This document shows, piece by piece, positions 63,648 through 64,000 of a DNA stretch of 64,000 bases (position 1 is the first letter of the stretch; each line of letters starts with the position of its first letter). Where the stretch lies: assembly GCA_973895155.1 (NCBI GenBank), contig OZ316895.1, forward strand, positions 24,557,538 to 24,621,537, in the 5' to 3' direction. The notes beneath the pieces were generated by a model that had not been told where the DNA came from, searched no databases, and saw only the letters and a program-made list of their open reading frames with translations. Both the position numbers and the translations under genes were made by a program. The DNA is from Marsupella aquatica. Taxonomy: Eukaryota > Plantae > Marchantiophyta.

Positions 63648-64000
63648 TATGCAGCTACTCCACATCTGCGCCGGAGCCAGTTGGCTTTTGGGGGCTACTG
63701 TAGCAATTCGTAGTCGTTTAAGCTCTTCCCTAGTCACCGGGAAAGTAGGCGAGCTTGGTGAGCACCAAAAACCGAACACCAAATAGTCTTTCACATAACG
63801 ATACATCGTTGGATTTGACACCAACACCGCTACAGACTAAACCTCCTTCATGGGATGCAGGCAAAGGACTGCTTGCTTCTCACGAGGGGAAAGAAGCTTC
63901 AGCAGGACCCAATAGGGCTGTCTCAGTTAGGCACAGAATGATTACGAAACACCATTAAAGAAATGAAGCGCCCAAATGAGACCCAATAGGGCCGTCTCAG

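Overview
Eukaryotic, TE-rich plant genomic DNA. A bryophyte (moss-like) source is inferred from gene and TE types. Main contents: (1) A ~13.7-kb TIR DNA transposon (6714-20371). It has a minus-strand DDE transposase carrying three Tnp1/En-Spm-like repeats, which is split by a 297-bp MITE with an 8-bp TSD. It also has a divergent, spliced plus-strand cargo gene with ParB/Srx-like, beta-class N6/N4-methyltransferase-like and FCP1/HAD-phosphatase-like domains. About 20 copies of an element-restricted CpG palindrome (TCGAGAnnnTCTCGA) sit mostly in its introns and non-coding parts. (2) A cluster of four intronless HMA-domain (HPP-type) paralogues, one frameshifted. (3) A 5'-truncated Ty3/Gypsy-type retroelement with a C5 cytosine methyltransferase in-frame between protease and RT, an integrase-PHD fusion, a deleted RNase H and a partly duplicated 3' LTR. 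(4) A TLC-domain pseudogene fragment, two more small 8-bp-TSD elements and several tandem repeats. All domain calls come from motif recognition by eye; no database searches were run.
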